Position numbers and translations under genes: made by a program. A stretch of DNA of 64,000 bases from an uncultured Acidimicrobiia bacterium (GTDB taxonomy: Bacteria > Actinomycetota > Acidimicrobiia > Spongiisociales > ZC4RG35): NCBI GenBank assembly GCA_964195405.1, contig CAXMPK010000119.1, positions 13,075 to 77,074 on the forward strand, given 5' to 3'. This document shows, one piece after another, positions 18,171-26,893 of the stretch. The stretch's first letter is position 1. Every line of letters begins with the position of its first letter. The notes beneath the pieces are model-generated. The model saw only the letters and a list, made by a program, of their open reading frames with translations. It was not told where the DNA came from and did no database searches.

Positions 18171-19035
18171 AGTCGGTGCCGGCCTGATCAGCCATGCCCC
18201 CACAATCATGTTCGATGAGGCGACACGGCGTGAGCTCAACGATGACAAGGAGATCAGCCTGGTCCCTGGTCTTGTCCGGCTTCGGGATCAAGTGTTTGAT
18301 CGGCTCCAGCCGGATGCGATGGTCATTGTCGACTCCCACTGGTTCACCACCGTTGAGCATGTGCTGTCAGCTCATTCTCGCCGTCAGGGGCACATGACAT
18401 CTTCCGAACTTCCCAGAGGGATGGCAGGGATCCCGTACGATTACCCGGGCGATCCCGAGTTGGCGCATCTCGCGGCCGATCTGGGCAAGGAGCTGGGCAC
18501 GCCGACACATGCCAGCGAAGATGACTATCTCCCGGTCTACTACGCAAGCGTCAACCTGGTGCACTATCTCCACCGGGACGAAAAAGTTGTATCGGTTTCC
18601 GTGGTTCAGACCGGTGAACCGGACGACTTCTTGACGATGGGCGAGGCGATTGGCGAGGCTGTGTCGCGGCTAGACCGTCGCGTTGTTGTGCTGGCTTCGG
18701 GCGGAATGAGTCATACTTTTTGGCGTCTCAAGCAGATCCACAAACACGAGGCATCAGACCCGGTCCACATAATCACACCTGAGGCCCGCGCCGCCGACGA
18801 GCTTCGTGTCGACTGGATGCGACAGGGTGACCATCAGCAGATCGTCGACTCGATGGATGACTACAAGCAGTACAACCCCGAAGGCGATTTCGGGCACTAC
18901 CTCATGATGCTGGGAGCAATCGGCGGGGCCGAATGCACTGCTCCCGGAGAGCTCTTCTCCGACTATGAGAATGCGACGGGTACAGGACAGGTTCACGTCT
19001 GGTTCGAGCGACCCGAAGGCGGTTGGACCGTCTAA
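18160..19035 (+). CDS. class III extradiol ring-cleavage dioxygenase (LigB family)
   Basis: N-terminal ISHAPTIMF, and His-containing motifs VIVDSHWF and GGMSHTF typical of LigB/DODA-type dioxygenases. Confidence 0.7.
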   Translation: MGEIVGAGLISHAPTIMFDEATRRELNDDKEISLVPGLVRLRDQVFDRLQPDAMVIVDSHWFTTVEHVLSAHSRRQGHMTSSELPRGMAGIPYDYPGDPELAHLAADLGKELGTPTHASEDDYLPVYYASVNLVHYLHRDEKVVSVSVVQTGEPDDFLTMGEAIGEAVSRLDRRVVVLASGGMSHTFWRLKQIHKHEASDPVHIITPEARAADELRVDWMRQGDHQQIVDSMDDYKQYNPEGDFGHYLMMLGAIGGAECTAPGELFSDYENATGTGQVHVWFERPEGGWTV

Positions 19036-19071
19036 CCCGGAACCGACCCCTGTCCGTGGCACAATCTGTGG

Positions 19072-20499
19072 GTGGTCGCAGTAAGAAGCTCCACGGGTCT
19101 CGTTGATGACTTAGATCGTCTCGCGCTGGCTTTGGAAAGCCTCGATCTGAGAACGGCTTCGATTCGCGGCAAGGAATCGGACTCCAAGAGGGATCAACTC
19201 GTCCGGACGATTCGATCGTATGTCGTTCCTCGCCTGAGCGATCCCACGACGCCGTTGTGTGTGGTTTTTACCGGGCCGACCGGTTCAGGTAAATCCACTC
19301 TGGTCAACAGCATTTCGGGGCACAAAGTATCCGAAACAGGTCCGGTAAGACCGACCACCACCGCACCAGTTGTGCTCGCCTCGCTAGCGAATCGGGATCG
19401 TCTCCAGAGGCTGGGGGGTGTCGAGTGCGAGGTAGTGGAAGGTGCCGCTCCAATACTCGACATGGTGGCTCTCGTCGATACGCCCGACATTGATTCCACT
19501 TCGACTGAGCATCGAGCAACAGCCGAAGCGTTGATAGACAGTGCGGACGTCGTTGTCTTCGTGACGTCCACGCTTCGTTATGCCGATCTGGTGCCGTGGG
19601 AGGTCCTCCGCCGAGCCGTGTCACGTGGAGCGCCGGTCATCAATGTGCTCAATCGCTACAGCAGTTCCTCGGCCGGGGCTTATGTCGACTTCAGAAGCTT
19701 GCTCTCCGCTGAAGGCTTGACCTCCGACGTTGTCCGGGTTCCCGAGCATCATCTTGATAGTGATGCTCATTCGGTCCCTTCTCTTGCAGTCAAGGAGCTG
19801 GCTCGGCGTCTTGTCGATGTCGCCCGTGATCGAAGGCGTTATCAACAGGAGGTCCTCGATCAGGTGTTGGCCTCATTGGTTGCTCAGAGTGAGGATTTGG
19901 TCGACAGTGTGAATGACGATCGACGTTGGCTGGGTGATCGTGAAGCAGAGCTGCGATTTGGTTTTGCCAACTCCGCAATCGATCTCGACCTCTCGGGCGT
20001 CGTCGACGACATCGTCTTTGGTTTCCCGAGTGGAGCCTCGGCCCGCCGTAAGAGACGCTGGCTGCGTCGTGCCCAGGTCGAGATGGTTGCGATCGATCGC
20101 ATCGTTGCCGCTGTCGATGCAGATATTCGCTCACGGGGTCTGAGTGATGGCGATCTTCGCGAGATGATCGCCGAAACCATTCCCCGCTGGCTCGGCTACA
20201 CCCGTCGTGTCGTCGAGGAGGCAGACGTTGTGTCCTCTGAGTTGGCGTGTTCGGTTCTTGTTTGTTCCGCCATTGGCCTACGGGATCCTCAGTTGGAAAT
20301 GTTCGTCCTCGGTGATGACTCAGATCGCCTCGTAGCCAGAGCCCGGCGCGAATTGGTCGACCGACTCCAAGTCATCTACACCCACTGTGGAGAGCGGTTG
20401 GTCGATCGACTGGAGACCGAGGCCGGTGAGCCCGATGCGGACGATCTCGCGGATCGAATGTCATTCGTCGTTGCGAGGTCGCATTTCGCCGATGCGTGA
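19072..20499 (+). CDS. dynamin-like / P-loop GTPase family protein (paralog 1)
   Basis: G1 GPTGSGKST, G2 RPTTT, G3-like LVDTPDID, G4-like NVLNRY. 475 aa with a helical C-terminal part. Confidence 0.6.
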   Translation: MVAVRSSTGLVDDLDRLALALESLDLRTASIRGKESDSKRDQLVRTIRSYVVPRLSDPTTPLCVVFTGPTGSGKSTLVNSISGHKVSETGPVRPTTTAPVVLASLANRDRLQRLGGVECEVVEGAAPILDMVALVDTPDIDSTSTEHRATAEALIDSADVVVFVTSTLRYADLVPWEVLRRAVSRGAPVINVLNRYSSSSAGAYVDFRSLLSAEGLTSDVVRVPEHHLDSDAHSVPSLAVKELARRLVDVARDRRRYQQEVLDQVLASLVAQSEDLVDSVNDDRRWLGDREAELRFGFANSAIDLDLSGVVDDIVFGFPSGASARRKRRWLRRAQVEMVAIDRIVAAVDADIRSRGLSDGDLREMIAETIPRWLGYTRRVVEEADVVSSELACSVLVCSAIGLRDPQLEMFVLGDDSDRLVARARRELVDRLQVIYTHCGERLVDRLETEAGEPDADDLADRMSFVVARSHFADA

Positions 20500-21718
20500 C
20501 GCGTTGGGCGAGATTCTCGACAAAACCGATATCGTCGTCGCTTCCTGTCGAAACGTCGTGGCCGATAAAGACCTCGAGAGTTTCGCTCGGGCTGCACGAA
20601 ACGTCAGAGCTCGGCTGAGTTTCCCCCCAGATCTGGTGGTGGCGGTCCTGGCCGGTGGGACCGGATCGGGCAAGTCCAGCATTTTCAACGTGATTGCAGG
20701 CGAGGAAGTATCAGACGTCGGGGGTGTCCGCCCCACAACCAGCACACCGCTGGCGATTGTTGCGCTCGATCGAGTTGGCGTCATGGATGGATTTCTCCGA
20801 GAGCTTGATATCGAGGTGCGTCCAGTGGCCGGCGTCCCGACGTGGTTGGTCTTGATCGATCTACCCGATATCGACAGCGTCGAGATGGATCATCGGCTTC
20901 AGGTCGAGGCGTTACTCCCGCGGGTCGACGTCATTGTCTGGGTCTCAGATCCTGAGAAGTACCGAGATGCCGTGTTTCATGACCGGTTTGTCAAGCCGCT
21001 CGCCGCTTACGCCTCCCGGATGCAGTTCGTTCTCAACCAAGCAGATCGGATTCCATACGGCTCCGTCGATGAAGTCCTCGCAGATTTCACCAGAGCACTC
21101 CGTGAGGACGGAATAGATGAGCCGCACCCCATCGCGACTGTTGCTGATCCGCCGTCGGGTCCGCCAGAAGGCATTGAGGTTCTGATTGCTGCGTTGGAAA
21201 CGATGACCGACGCCCCGCAGGGCGTGTATTCGAAACTGGTGATCGATCTGGAACGTGCTGTTGCCGTCTTGGACACAGTTGTTGGAGGTGGGGGAGTCAA
21301 TTTCGCCCATCGCTTCGGTGAAGTGATCAGCGACGCCGCGGAGATGGTGGTTGATGATCAGGGCGATGCTGCCGTATCAGCCTTGACTCGTTTCGTTGAG
21401 GGTCTGGCGACCGAGGCCGGAGGGCCGGTCGGTGATGAGATTCGCCTGGTGGCTGTGGCTATTCCCGGTGCGGTGGTGAGCGCCAGCGAATCGTTGACCA
21501 AGGCAATGGTCGAGCACCGCAAGGCACTTCCAAGGATCAGATGGAGCGAGAAGGGCGACACGATGGAACGGGAGCCCAAACTGGCCATGGCCAGCGAGCA
21601 GCTGGTCGAGACGCTGGGGCCGCCACTACGCAAGACGCTCTCCCGACGTGCCGATGCCACTGCGGCGCTCGCCGATTTGTCGCTGTCGTTGACGTCTAGA
21701 GCCGCGGGTCACCGGTAA
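20492..21718 (+). CDS. dynamin-like / P-loop GTPase family protein (paralog 2)
   Basis: G1 GGTGSGKSS, G2 RPTTS, G3-like LIDLPDID, G4 LNQAD. The start at MRDALGE overlaps the upstream stop as ATGCGTGA. Confidence 0.6.
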   Translation: MRDALGEILDKTDIVVASCRNVVADKDLESFARAARNVRARLSFPPDLVVAVLAGGTGSGKSSIFNVIAGEEVSDVGGVRPTTSTPLAIVALDRVGVMDGFLRELDIEVRPVAGVPTWLVLIDLPDIDSVEMDHRLQVEALLPRVDVIVWVSDPEKYRDAVFHDRFVKPLAAYASRMQFVLNQADRIPYGSVDEVLADFTRALREDGIDEPHPIATVADPPSGPPEGIEVLIAALETMTDAPQGVYSKLVIDLERAVAVLDTVVGGGGVNFAHRFGEVISDAAEMVVDDQGDAAVSALTRFVEGLATEAGGPVGDEIRLVAVAIPGAVVSASESLTKAMVEHRKALPRIRWSEKGDTMEREPKLAMASEQLVETLGPPLRKTLSRRADATAALADLSLSLTSRAAGHR

Positions 21719-21731
21719 TCTCTCGTCGCTC

Positions 21732-22541
21732 ATGAGTGATGCTCTCGTCGAAAGCCTGATCCGCAGCGTGGTGGTAGTGGCTATCGCCATAATCGCCTAC
21801 TTTCTATTGGTTCGGGTGGGTAGGCGTCTGGTCGACAACTACGCCGCCAAATCCGGAAAGGAAACCGGCAAAAGAATCGTCACCCTCTGGCGAGTGATGA
21901 GACGGATCGTGCTCGTGATCGTGATCCTCACGGCCATCCTGGTCCTGTTTGGAGTCTGGGGATTCAGCATTGCGCCGTTCTTGGCGGTGGGTACGGTTTT
22001 TGCCGCCGCGGTGGGGTTTGGCGCCCAGGATCTGGTCAAGGATTTCATCGCTGGCTTCTTCATCTTGGTCGAGGACCAATTTGCTATGGGTGACACCGTC
22101 ACAATTGCCGGTGTTACCGGAACTGTCGAGGACATCCAGCTCCGGGTGACGGTGTTACGTGACCTCGAGGGCAATCAGCTGTTTGTCCCCAATGGGCAGG
22201 TCGTTGTCACCACCAACTTCACCAGTGCGTACGCCAAACCGGTGATCGATGTCGGCATCTCATATGAGACGGATGTCGATCGGGCCCTCGCCATTCTCAA
22301 GGACGAGCTCGATGCTCTGGCCTCCGATCCTGCCTGGACCGGTCGCATCTCTGGCGAGTCGGAGATCATGGGTGTCAACGAACTGGGGGATTCGGCTGTT
22401 GTGTTACGAGCCCGTCTTGTCACTGACGCCAATGAGCGTTGGACGGTGAGGCGGGAGGCTCTTCGACGGGTCAAGAATCGATTTGATGCTGAGGGCATTT
22501 CGATCCCGTTCCCCCAGGTCACGGTGCATCGGGCCGACTAG
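21732..22541 (+). CDS. mechanosensitive ion channel (MscS) family protein
   Basis: Three TM helices followed by the MscS beta-domain (GDTVTIAGVTGTVEDIQLRVTVLRDLEGNQLFVPNGQ). Confidence 0.8.
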   Translation: MSDALVESLIRSVVVVAIAIIAYFLLVRVGRRLVDNYAAKSGKETGKRIVTLWRVMRRIVLVIVILTAILVLFGVWGFSIAPFLAVGTVFAAAVGFGAQDLVKDFIAGFFILVEDQFAMGDTVTIAGVTGTVEDIQLRVTVLRDLEGNQLFVPNGQVVVTTNFTSAYAKPVIDVGISYETDVDRALAILKDELDALASDPAWTGRISGESEIMGVNELGDSAVVLRARLVTDANERWTVRREALRRVKNRFDAEGISIPFPQVTVHRAD

Positions 22542-22551
22542 CGACACACCG

Positions 22552-23469
22552 TTAATTTCCCACAACTCTCAACGATTCGGCGTTCCACTCAACGACGGCC
22601 GCGTCGACCATCCCAAGTGATTCTCCGTCGGCCTGAACCGCGACCGGTGGGTCTGCTTTCAGTTCGAGAATCTTGACAGCCTCCCAAACCTCAACCTCGT
22701 TGACCGCCGACAGGGAGCGCTTGGTAAGGGCGTTGACGGCGATTTGGGGGATACGTCGTCTCCGCAGCCGTTCTAGAACGAGGGCCGTCATTGGGTTGGG
22801 CTGCTCAGAGGTGAATGTGATCGGGATCTTACCGAAATAGGTGTAGACATCGCGGAACTGGATCAAAGCGGCTGTCCCCACAGCCGATCGGTCTCCTGCG
22901 AGTATTTCGAGATGGGGTCGGCGCGACGGAAATGTCTTTATACCAACGCCGATGGCAGATCGGGCGTAGTGGATGGAGCCGAAACGGTATTTTCTGTAGG
23001 GATCTCGATCGGCCTCGATCACGATCTCAGCGTCGAGCCCAAATCCGCAGGCAAATATGGCGTGATGAACGCTCTCGGTCGCCCCGCGTGTGAGTGTCAT
23101 GGCGGCGACACCTATGACCCTGGGTGGCGATGGTGTACCGATTATCCGGGCCGCCTTCGACGCCCGTCCAGGCAGGCCTAGGAGTCTGGCGATGACATTG
23201 GTGGTTCCCACCGGAATGATCCCGAGTGTCGATTCCGATCCAATCAGCGCTTGGGCTACGTGATGGACCATTCCATCACCACCCATTGCCACGACGATGG
23301 ACACTTCGTCTTTGACCGCGGCGCGAGCGGTTTCGGTTGCTTCAGAAGCAGATCCCGGCCAAATGGCGTCAACCTCATGTGTTTTGGACAACGTCGACAT
23401 AACGTCGCGGTGGGAGCCGCCCGTGAACTGTGACGCCACCGGGTTGGCGATGACTACAAGTCGATCCAT
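22552..23469 (-). CDS. diacylglycerol kinase catalytic-domain lipid kinase (YegS/BmrU family)
   Basis: VVIANPVASQ...IVVAMGGDGMVHHV...IIPVGTTN motifs. The start is trimmed to MDRLVV. The ORF-track upstream extension is presumably non-coding. Confidence 0.7.
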   Translation of the reverse strand: MDRLVVIANPVASQFTGGSHRDVMSTLSKTHEVDAIWPGSASEATETARAAVKDEVSIVVAMGGDGMVHHVAQALIGSESTLGIIPVGTTNVIARLLGLPGRASKAARIIGTPSPPRVIGVAAMTLTRGATESVHHAIFACGFGLDAEIVIEADRDPYRKYRFGSIHYARSAIGVGIKTFPSRRPHLEILAGDRSAVGTAALIQFRDVYTYFGKIPITFTSEQPNPMTALVLERLRRRRIPQIAVNALTKRSLSAVNEVEVWEAVKILELKADPPVAVQADGESLGMVDAAVVEWNAESLRVVGN

Positions 23470-23505
23470 TGGCCCGGCAGAGTACAGCGGTAGCCTTCCT
23501 GCCCG

Positions 23506-24522
23506 ATGAGTGTCATTCCTGACGACCACGAAGACATCCCTGCCAGCGATACCGCAGTCGAAGCGGGCGAAGGCGAGCCCCTCTTTTCCCTGGTTGCCGG
23601 TGAGGGCAACGGTTTCCTGCTCGGTGTTGCCGCCGGTGATGCGGCCGGTGGCGCATTCGAACTGGGCTATTCGGCAGTGACCGAACAGGTCACCGTCCTC
23701 TCGTACCAGCTGATCGATCATCGTCATCTCGACCCGACAATCGTTGTCCGAAGGATCAGAGAACTTGACGGCTCGGAGGACGAAGGCAACGTTTACAGGT
23801 CAGAAACTCCGCACTTTCGGAGTTGGCTTGATCGAGCTGCCGCTGGCTCGGCTGTGCCGGAGGAGGAGTCCTCTTCGGACGGCATCGCCCGCTCTGTCGC
23901 GCTGGGCGTGGCTTTTCGCAATGATCCCAGAGCCCTCGTCGATCAGGCTGTGAGCCTCGGGCGTCTCTTCCATCGTGATGCGGGCAGTGTGGCCGCTGGC
24001 GTCATTTCGGCAGCAGCCGTTGCCGCGTCGTGTTTTGGGCAAACCGGCCGTGACCTGGTGATAGGTGTGGCTGAGGCCGTCGTTCCCGCGATTCCCGAGA
24101 TCGTTGTTGAGATGACAGGCGCCGAACGGCTCAACAATCTCGAGAAAGAGTTCTCGGACTTGGAAGACTCAGTGGGAGTGAGAACAAGTCAGCAGGCGAT
24201 GGCGTTGATGGGCGATGGAACCGGTGATCCGGTACAGCAGGCCATGGCCGGAGTGCTTCTCGCCGCGCCCATGGATGAGGTGTACCACAGTCCCGTTGAG
24301 CAGGCAGCCCTAATCGGCGGCAGTGTTCTAGGTGCGGCCGTCGGGGCCATTGTTGGCGCCCGGATCGGTATTCGCGCCTGGCCTTGGGCTTTCCCCAACG
24401 ACACTTGGTTTGCCGAGATAGGTCGCCGGCTGGTCAGTGGCCCAAACGAGACCCGTGATCTTCCGATTCCGTATGCGGTGGAGCAGCACCTCATGTCGGG
24501 ATCTCGTCCGGGCTTTCACTGA
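23506..24522 (+). CDS. ADP-ribosylglycohydrolase family protein
   Basis: GVAAGDAAGGAFE metal-binding motif, with Gly/Ala-rich helices throughout. Divergent from the lipid kinase gene. Confidence 0.65.
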   Translation: MSVIPDDHEDIPASDTAVEAGEGEPLFSLVAGEGNGFLLGVAAGDAAGGAFELGYSAVTEQVTVLSYQLIDHRHLDPTIVVRRIRELDGSEDEGNVYRSETPHFRSWLDRAAAGSAVPEEESSSDGIARSVALGVAFRNDPRALVDQAVSLGRLFHRDAGSVAAGVISAAAVAASCFGQTGRDLVIGVAEAVVPAIPEIVVEMTGAERLNNLEKEFSDLEDSVGVRTSQQAMALMGDGTGDPVQQAMAGVLLAAPMDEVYHSPVEQAALIGGSVLGAAVGAIVGARIGIRAWPWAFPNDTWFAEIGRRLVSGPNETRDLPIPYAVEQHLMSGSRPGFH

Positions 24523-25774
24523 GAACCAGCAACTCGTCTGCACCCCACTTTCTCTCGGTGTCGTCGACCTTGCGAAGGATCCACCAGCCAGCGGCAACGA
24601 ACATTGCCAGGGCGGCCATCGCTGCATTGCGGCCTATGCCGAAGCCGTCGACGATGATTGCCCAAACCAGCGGGCCGCCGATCGTGGCGAATCGCCCCAC
24701 GGTCGCATACAGACCGTAGAATTCGCCGAGGTGCCGGGGAGGCGAGACTCTTGTCATGACAACCCGGTCCGCCGACCAGGTGGCGCCGAGTGCGATTCCG
24801 CCGAGCGGGCCGATGACCCAAGCGAGGTTCGTTTGACCGGTCACCGAGGCGGCTATGCCCGATACCAGAGCCACGACCCACAGCACCAGAACGAAGCGAA
24901 GCACCCTGATGGGACCGAGTCTGTTGACAAACCAACCGGCGCCCAAGCCACCGAAGACGGCGGCGGTGATCGCTACAGCCATCAACGCCGTGAAGAACTC
25001 GCGATCCAGCCCGAGTTCATCGATCACGAAGATTGCAAGGAATCCCGAGATGAGAGTGTTGATGGCATCGGTGTAGAGGAATCGACCGACAAGGAACCTG
25101 ACGACACCGTCATATTGGGCTGCTTTGCGCCATGCGGCCACGAGACGACCGCCGATCGTGCTCAGAGCGGGGAGCGGAGCGTCCGAAGAGCCGGGAGGTT
25201 CCCTGATGAAGAAAAACGCCGGTAGGGAGAACAAGAGGAAGGCTGCCGCCAGAATCCGAAATGTGGCGGCATGTGTCCAACCAAGGACCTCGAGAGCGAT
25301 CGTCCCTATTGCCAGACCTATAAACGATCCGAGGTAGCCGATGCCAACACCCAGGCCGGAGATCCAGCCCCGGTTCTCGGGTGTGCTCACGTCTACCAAC
25401 AATGCGTCGTAAACGACTGATCCGGTGTTCACCGATACCACTGCGACCCAGAGCATCACGAGTGTCATTGCCACCGGGCCCGCTGCGAGGAGTGCGGTTG
25501 CAGCCACTGCGATCACAGTGGTGACCGCCAGAGTCGGGACTCGAGTGCCCCGCACATCGCTCCGAGCGCCTGCCCACGGGGCGAGGAAGATCACGACCAC
25601 CGCTGCAGCAATCTGCACCCCGGCCAACGCGCTGTCGGGTAGCCCCTCGTTTATCAGCCAATCGGAGAAGTAGAAGCCAACGACTCCCAGGGCGAAGATC
25701 GTGTTGGCCAGGTCGTAGATGACCCAAGAAGCCACCGACAGGCGCCCCGGCATGGGTGCGGCCCGGCTCATCAC
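24491..25774 (-). CDS. MFS transporter, UMF1 (Atg22-like) family
   Basis: N-terminal SWVIYDLANTIF signature. 12-TM profile. Confidence 0.7.
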   Translation of the reverse strand: MMSRAAPMPGRLSVASWVIYDLANTIFALGVVGFYFSDWLINEGLPDSALAGVQIAAAVVVIFLAPWAGARSDVRGTRVPTLAVTTVIAVAATALLAAGPVAMTLVMLWVAVVSVNTGSVVYDALLVDVSTPENRGWISGLGVGIGYLGSFIGLAIGTIALEVLGWTHAATFRILAAAFLLFSLPAFFFIREPPGSSDAPLPALSTIGGRLVAAWRKAAQYDGVVRFLVGRFLYTDAINTLISGFLAIFVIDELGLDREFFTALMAVAITAAVFGGLGAGWFVNRLGPIRVLRFVLVLWVVALVSGIAASVTGQTNLAWVIGPLGGIALGATWSADRVVMTRVSPPRHLGEFYGLYATVGRFATIGGPLVWAIIVDGFGIGRNAAMAALAMFVAAGWWILRKVDDTERKWGADELLVLSESPDEIPT

Positions 25775-25780
25775 CCTGAT

Positions 25781-26857
25781 TCAGAACGTGACGGCGACGG
25801 AGATCAGTTCCTCACGTCCCAACAGCCCGGCGGCGGCCTGGAGGGCCCGCGGCGACTCCGAGAGAGGGAATTGGTGTGACACCAGGTCATCGATGCGGGG
25901 ATCGGTTGCGACCTGATTGGTCGCCCACTGGTATCCGATGCTGGTGGCTCCCATTGCTCCCTTGATCGTCAACTGCTTGGCCACGATCACGTCGGAGAGA
26001 AAATGGAAGGCACGGTCGCCTTTGGTGGAGGCGAGCACTACCCGACCGCCGCTACGCACCAAGTCAAGTGCGGTGAAGACCGCCTCGGGGTCATCGGAAG
26101 TGACATCGACAACCACATCTGGCCGCCGTCCCAATGCGCTGGCGATTTCGCCGGCCACATCACCTTGTTCGGCGTTGATGGTCATGTCTGCCCCGAGTGT
26201 CTTCGCCAGTTCGAGTCGGTCACGATCGTGGGAGAGGCCAGTGATACCGACCCATCCGGCTCCGGCAGCCTTGGCCGCGATAAGACAGGCCAAACCACGC
26301 GGGCCAGGACCCAGAATCAGCACGCTTTCGCCCGCCTGCAGTGCCGGCAATTCGACAGCCCAGCTGTGGCCCGACGCCAGCGGGTGAACGTACGTAGCCA
26401 CCTCAGCGGGGACATCGTCGGTCAGTTCGTGAAGATGGGAGTTGGGATCGAGGTACATCATCTCTGCCAACCCGCCCCACAGCCCGGGTGGCTCGATCGA
26501 GGGGATCAAACCGTAGGAGTTCGTCGGTTTGCGACTCACGCATGTGGCGAGGTTTTGAGCACAACGTCGGCAGCGGCCACAGCGAATACGAGGCTCGACT
26601 ATTACCCTTGTTCCAACGGCGTAGGGGACGTTGGGCCCCTGGATTGCAATTCTTCCGACGACTTCGTTGCCTGGCACCAAGGGGTAGACGATGTCGCGGG
26701 CTTCACCCTTCCAAACCTGGACGTCAGAGCCAGAAATGCCGGTGGCTTCAACGGCCAGCCAACCGCCGTCCTCGTCGTCGTGAGCCGCTATTTGTGTGTC
26801 AGAGAAATGACGTGGCTCGATCAGCATCATCGCTCGAGCAGTAGTCCCCGAATCCAT
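25781..26857 (-). CDS. zinc-binding alcohol dehydrogenase family protein (MDR, threonine/sorbitol dehydrogenase-like)
   Basis: GISGSDVQVW...GNEVVGRI and structural-zinc cysteines CGRCRRC. GxGxxG Rossmann motif LGPGPRG. Confidence 0.8.
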   Translation of the reverse strand: MDSGTTARAMMLIEPRHFSDTQIAAHDDEDGGWLAVEATGISGSDVQVWKGEARDIVYPLVPGNEVVGRIAIQGPNVPYAVGTRVIVEPRIRCGRCRRCAQNLATCVSRKPTNSYGLIPSIEPPGLWGGLAEMMYLDPNSHLHELTDDVPAEVATYVHPLASGHSWAVELPALQAGESVLILGPGPRGLACLIAAKAAGAGWVGITGLSHDRDRLELAKTLGADMTINAEQGDVAGEIASALGRRPDVVVDVTSDDPEAVFTALDLVRSGGRVVLASTKGDRAFHFLSDVIVAKQLTIKGAMGATSIGYQWATNQVATDPRIDDLVSHQFPLSESPRALQAAAGLLGREELISVAVTF

Positions 26858-26893
26858 TGCAGGCGAGTGTAAACCCGCCTCAGGGGGCTCCAG

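Noticed and set aside
23470-23727. N-terminal 86-codon extension of the lipid kinase ORF
   Set aside because: The extension overlaps the divergent ADP-ribosylglycohydrolase promoter region. The conserved kinase domain begins at MDRLVV, so the start was trimmed.
24437-25225. 262-aa plus-strand ORF antisense to the UMF1 MFS transporter gene
   Set aside because: It lies entirely inside a well-supported minus-strand membrane-protein gene and has an Arg/Pro/Gly-rich composition typical of GC-rich antisense frames.
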